Assembly (NCBI GenBank): GCA_027494165.1
Contig: JAOSJM010000005.1
Coordinates: 1,452,461 to 1,516,460, forward strand
Length of the DNA: 64,000 nucleotides
Direction of reading: 5' to 3'
Origin: Acidimicrobiia bacterium
GTDB lineage: Bacteria > Actinomycetota > Acidimicrobiia > IMCC26256 > JAOSJM01
Shown: positions 60,769-64,000 of the stretch, piece by piece
Layout of the letters: every line of letters starts with the position of its first letter
Numbering within the stretch: position 1 is the stretch's first letter
Translations under genes and position numbers: made by a program
The notes under the pieces: model-generated
Seen by the model: the letters and a program-made list of their open reading frames with translations, nothing else
What the model was told of the DNA's origin: nothing
Database searches by the model: none

Positions 60769-62232
60769 TTGCGAGCATGCCGGTCGCACTGGAGGAAGGG
60801 GTTGGGCGGAGCGTTGGCCGACACGCTGAACGCCTACTTGCTCGCCCACTGGGCAGGGAACGCCGACCCGGCGGTGGTCGGCGGTCCGGACGAGGTGTGG
60901 GCCGGTACCGAGCTGATCCGGCGGGCCGCGGGCGCGGCGGCCTGGCTGGACGAGCTGGGAGCCCCGGAGGGCGGGCCGGTCCCCGCGCTCCTCGACGAGT
61001 CGCCGGCCGCGATCGCGATCGCGCTGGGGGCCTCCTTGTCAGGACGGTCGCTCGCCCCGTTGGGGACGAAGCTGCCGGCCGACGAGCTGGCGCTTGCCAT
61101 GGCGGGGCTCGGGGCCGGGCTGCTGGTCGGCGAACCGGCCCGGGCCGAGCTGGCGGGGGAGGTGGCCCGGCGGACGGGAGCCCAGCTCGCGCTCGTCGAG
61201 CGCGCACCCGAGCCCGTCGACCTGACCGCGCCTCGCGGCAGTCCCGACGACGTCGCGGCGGTGATCCACACCTCGGGCACCACGGGAACCCCGCGCCCCG
61301 TGCTCATGCGCCACGCCCCGCTGGTCGCGCGGACCCGGATCTACTCGTCGGCGATCGAGCTGGGTCCGGGCGATCGCTACTGCTCGGCGTCGCCCTACCA
61401 CCACGTGGCCGGGATGGGCATGGCGCTCGTCGCTCTCGCGGCGGGCGCGGCCGTGATCCCGTGCCCGGGCTTCACGCCCGCCGAGTGGCGGAGGCTGCGG
61501 TCCCTCGACCCCACCCATGCTCTCCTGGTCCCCACCATGATCGATCGGTTGCTGGCGGAGGGGGACCTCGACGCGTCCCTGCACGTCCTACAATACGGCG
61601 CGGCGCCGATCCATCCCGACACGCTGGCCGAGGCGATCCGCGCCGCGCCGTCGACCCGACTGATCCAGATCTTCGGGCAGACCGAGGTCAGCCCGATCAC
61701 CGTGCTCTCCCACGACGACCACGTCCGTGCGGCAAGCGGTGACACCTCGCTGCTCCGCTCGGTCGGGCGCCCCCTGCCCGAGGTCGAGCTGCAGATCGAG
61801 GATCCCGACGCCGAGGGGATCGGGGAGCTCGTCGTCCGGGCTCCCCACGCCTTCGACGCCGACGCCGACGGATGGCGGCGGACCGGGGACCTCGGATGCC
61901 TTGACCCCGAGGGCTACGTGTTCCTGCACGGGCGGCGCAACGACCGGATCGTGCGTGGGGGAGAGAACATCTACCCGGTCGAGATCGAGGCAGTGCTCGT
62001 CTCCCATCCTGAGGTCGTCGAAGCCTGCGTCGTCGGCGTGCCAGACCGTCGCTGGGGGGAGGTGGTCAAAGCCGTCGTCGTGACGAGGCCGGGAGCGGAG
62101 GTGACCGCGGCGGCCCTGCAGGCGCACGTCCGCGATCGGCTCGCCCACTTCAAGGTCCCCGCGCTGATCGAGTTCACCCGGGAACTCCCGCGAACGCCCA
62201 GCGGAAAGGTGCTGCGACGCGCCCTCGTGTGA
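60769..62232 (+). CDS. AMP-dependent synthetase/ligase (acyl-CoA ligase)
   Basis: Motifs IHTSGTTGTPR, FGQTEVSP and GKVLRRAL are present. The exact start is uncertain. Confidence 0.8.
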   Translation: MRACRSHWRKGLGGALADTLNAYLLAHWAGNADPAVVGGPDEVWAGTELIRRAAGAAAWLDELGAPEGGPVPALLDESPAAIAIALGASLSGRSLAPLGTKLPADELALAMAGLGAGLLVGEPARAELAGEVARRTGAQLALVERAPEPVDLTAPRGSPDDVAAVIHTSGTTGTPRPVLMRHAPLVARTRIYSSAIELGPGDRYCSASPYHHVAGMGMALVALAAGAAVIPCPGFTPAEWRRLRSLDPTHALLVPTMIDRLLAEGDLDASLHVLQYGAAPIHPDTLAEAIRAAPSTRLIQIFGQTEVSPITVLSHDDHVRAASGDTSLLRSVGRPLPEVELQIEDPDAEGIGELVVRAPHAFDADADGWRRTGDLGCLDPEGYVFLHGRRNDRIVRGGENIYPVEIEAVLVSHPEVVEACVVGVPDRRWGEVVKAVVVTRPGAEVTAAALQAHVRDRLAHFKVPALIEFTRELPRTPSGKVLRRALV

Positions 62233-62284
62233 GCGGCCGCGTCCTGCCTCCTCGACGGGACGCGACCCGATCGGGCGGCGTAGA

Positions 62285-63013
62285 TCAGATGTGGGGCGTG
62301 GTGCCGGAGCGCGTGGTGTCGGCGAGGTACGCGTCCTGGAGGTCGGACAGCCGGTCACCGATCTCGGTCGGGGCCCCCGAGAGCACGACCTTGCCGCGCT
62401 GCATCACGTGCACCTGGTCGGCGATGGTCAGGACCTGGCTCACGTGCTGCTCGACGAGCAACACGCCGATCCCCTGCTCCGTCGCGGCCTGACGGACCAC
62501 CCCGAGGAGCCGCCGCACGATGATGGGCGCGAGCCCCAGCGAGAGCTCGTCGGCGAGGAGCACCTCCGGGTTGCGACCGAGGGCGCGGCCCACCGTGAGC
62601 ATCTGCTGCTCGCCCCCCGAGAGGAGACCGGCGGGCCGGTTCATCATCGGCTCGAGCTCGGGGAACAGCGCGAGCACGCGCTCGACCGGGACGCCAGCCA
62701 CCTTGAGATTCTCGGCGAGGGTGAAGTCCATGAACACCGAGCGCTCCTCGGTGACCAGGGAGAGCCCCTTGCGGGCCCGCTTGAACAGGGGCTCACGCGT
62801 GCGGGTCCCCTTCCAGAGGACCGCTCCGCGGAGGGAGGGGAGACCCCCGCTCAGGGTCAGCAGGGTCGTCGTCTTGCCCGCGCCGTTTGGACCGATGAGC
62901 GCCACGACCTGCCCCGGCTCGACCCGGAGGTCCAGACCGCGCACGACGGCCATCCGCCCGTACCCGGCGGACAGGTCCCGGCACTCGAGGAGGGGCGTGC
63001 CCTCGCCGCTCAT
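62285..63013 (-). CDS. livF: branched-chain amino acid ABC transporter ATP-binding protein (LivF-like)
   Basis: ATG at 63011-63013 (MSGEGTPLLECRDLSAGYG...). Walker A GPNGAGKTT, signature LSGGEQQ, Walker B LLADE. The start overlaps the upstream livG stop (ATGA). Confidence 0.88.
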   Translation of the reverse strand: MSGEGTPLLECRDLSAGYGRMAVVRGLDLRVEPGQVVALIGPNGAGKTTTLLTLSGGLPSLRGAVLWKGTRTREPLFKRARKGLSLVTEERSVFMDFTLAENLKVAGVPVERVLALFPELEPMMNRPAGLLSGGEQQMLTVGRALGRNPEVLLADELSLGLAPIIVRRLLGVVRQAATEQGIGVLLVEQHVSQVLTIADQVHVMQRGKVVLSGAPTEIGDRLSDLQDAYLADTTRSGTTPHI

Positions 63014-64000
63014 CGCGTCGCCTCCGCCGGCTCTCCGTGCTCGGCCGGCCCGCCGAGGTAGGCGGCGATGACGGCGGGGTCGTTGCGGACCTCTTCGGGT
63101 GTGCCCTGGGAGATCACCCGACCGAAGTCGAGCACGATCACCCGGTTGCAGGTGGACATGACCAGGCGCACGTCGTGCTCGACGAGGAGCACGGCCATCC
63201 CCCGCTCGTCGGCCAGCGCGCGGATGAGCGTGGCGAGCTCCTGCGACTCGGTCTCGTCCAGACCGGCCGCCGGCTCGTCGAGCATGATGACCGAGGGGCC
63301 GGAGGCCACCGCCCGGGCGATGCCCACGAGCCGCCGCCGGCCGTAGGGGAGCTGGGTGGGGCGCTGCGGCAGGTCGTCCTCGAGCCCGAAGGTCCGGATC
63401 GCGTCGACGGCGGTGGGCGGGAGGGGATGGCGGCCCGGCCGGAACAGGTCGGTCAGCCACGAGAGCCGGCTCGCCCGGTCGGCGCCGGCGCGGAGGTTCT
63501 CGGCCACCGTCACGTCCTCGAAGAGCTCCAGCGATTGGAACGAGCGCCGAAGCCCCGCCCGCGCTCGGCGTGAGGCGCTGGCATGGTCCAGGGAGCGCTG
63601 CCCGAGGGCGATCGAGCCCCGGACGGGCTTCACGAACCCGGTGATGGCGTCGATGAGCGTCGTCTTGCCGGCGCCGTTCGGCCCGATCAGTCCGACGACC
63701 TCCCCCGGGTGCAGGTCGAGGCTCACGTCCTCGACCGCGGTCACGCCACCGAAGCGGACGACGACGTCGCGCACCTCCAGGACGGCGTGAGGCACCCGTC
63801 CGGCCGTGGCCTCGGGCAGGGTCTCGGTGGCGACCGTGGGCGGACGCCGCACTAGCTGGCCGCCCAGCCTGCGGATCGCTGCGATCGCGCCGTCGGCCAG
63901 ACCGTTCGGGTTCACGATCAGGATGACGACGAGGAGCGCGCCGCTGATGAAGGTGACCCACTCACCCAGGCCGATCGCCTTCGACTCGAGGAGCAGCGAC
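63010..64000 (-). CDS. fused ABC permease (LivM C-terminus) / ATP-binding protein (LivG); 5' end outside window
   Basis: The ATPase (GPNGAGKTT, LDEPAAG) is preceded in the same frame by a TM segment (...WVTFISGALLVVILIVNPNG...). This is the same LivM-LivG fusion as at 23940-25875. Confidence 0.8.
   Translation of the reverse strand, partial: SLLLESKAIGLGEWVTFISGALLVVILIVNPNGLADGAIAAIRRLGGQLVRRPPTVATETLPEATAGRVPHAVLEVRDVVVRFGGVTAVEDVSLDLHPGEVVGLIGPNGAGKTTLIDAITGFVKPVRGSIALGQRSLDHASASRRARAGLRRSFQSLELFEDVTVAENLRAGADRASRLSWLTDLFRPGRHPLPPTAVDAIRTFGLEDDLPQRPTQLPYGRRRLVGIARAVASGPSVIMLDEPAAGLDETESQELATLIRALADERGMAVLLVEHDVRLVMSTCNRVIVLDFGRVISQGTPEEVRNDPAVIAAYLGGPAEHGEPAEATR

Overview
This window is about 72 % GC and comes from a high-GC Actinomycetota genome; the gene content fits an Acidimicrobiia- or Mycobacteriales-like organism. 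It carries the conserved actinobacterial cell-division and cell-wall block near oriC: crgA, pabA/trpG, pknB (PASTA kinase), pbpA, rodA, pstP (PP2C), fhaB and fhaA, with a short mutY-like glycosylase wedged between pabA and pknB. Around that block sit beta-oxidation genes (SDR reductases, acyl-CoA dehydrogenase, 3-hydroxyacyl-CoA dehydrogenase, thiolase, a hotdog thioesterase, enoyl-CoA hydratase and four AMP-dependent ligases), an MMPL transporter, and two Liv-type branched-chain amino-acid ABC loci that each carry a fused LivM-LivG gene. There are also two tandem paralogous substrate-binding lipoproteins next to a tRNA-Leu(CAG), and a family-1 encapsulin with an EncFtn ferritin-like cargo protein. 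Further genes are a four-gene molybdopterin oxidoreductase set (Rieske, 4Fe-4S, Moco catalytic subunit, NarI-like cytochrome b), a His-rich CPx P-type ATPase with a clear promoter, an ECF sigma/anti-sigma pair, CbiM-PDGLE, NfeD-stomatin, and several secreted cell-wall proteins. Two non-coding observations stand out. First, a family of roughly 50–70 bp nested-palindromic repeat units is present at three intergenic loci (two as tandem arrays); I could not place it in any described element class, and the other tandem repeats are a separate 3x62-bp array and two tandem duplications of gene 3' ends. Second, at least 15 genes, including essential pknB, pstP and livMG, appear split by +/-1 frameshifts that map to G/C homopolymer runs. 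That pattern most likely reflects homopolymer indel errors in the assembly rather than pseudogenes. No CRISPR array, rRNA or insertion sequence was recognised.
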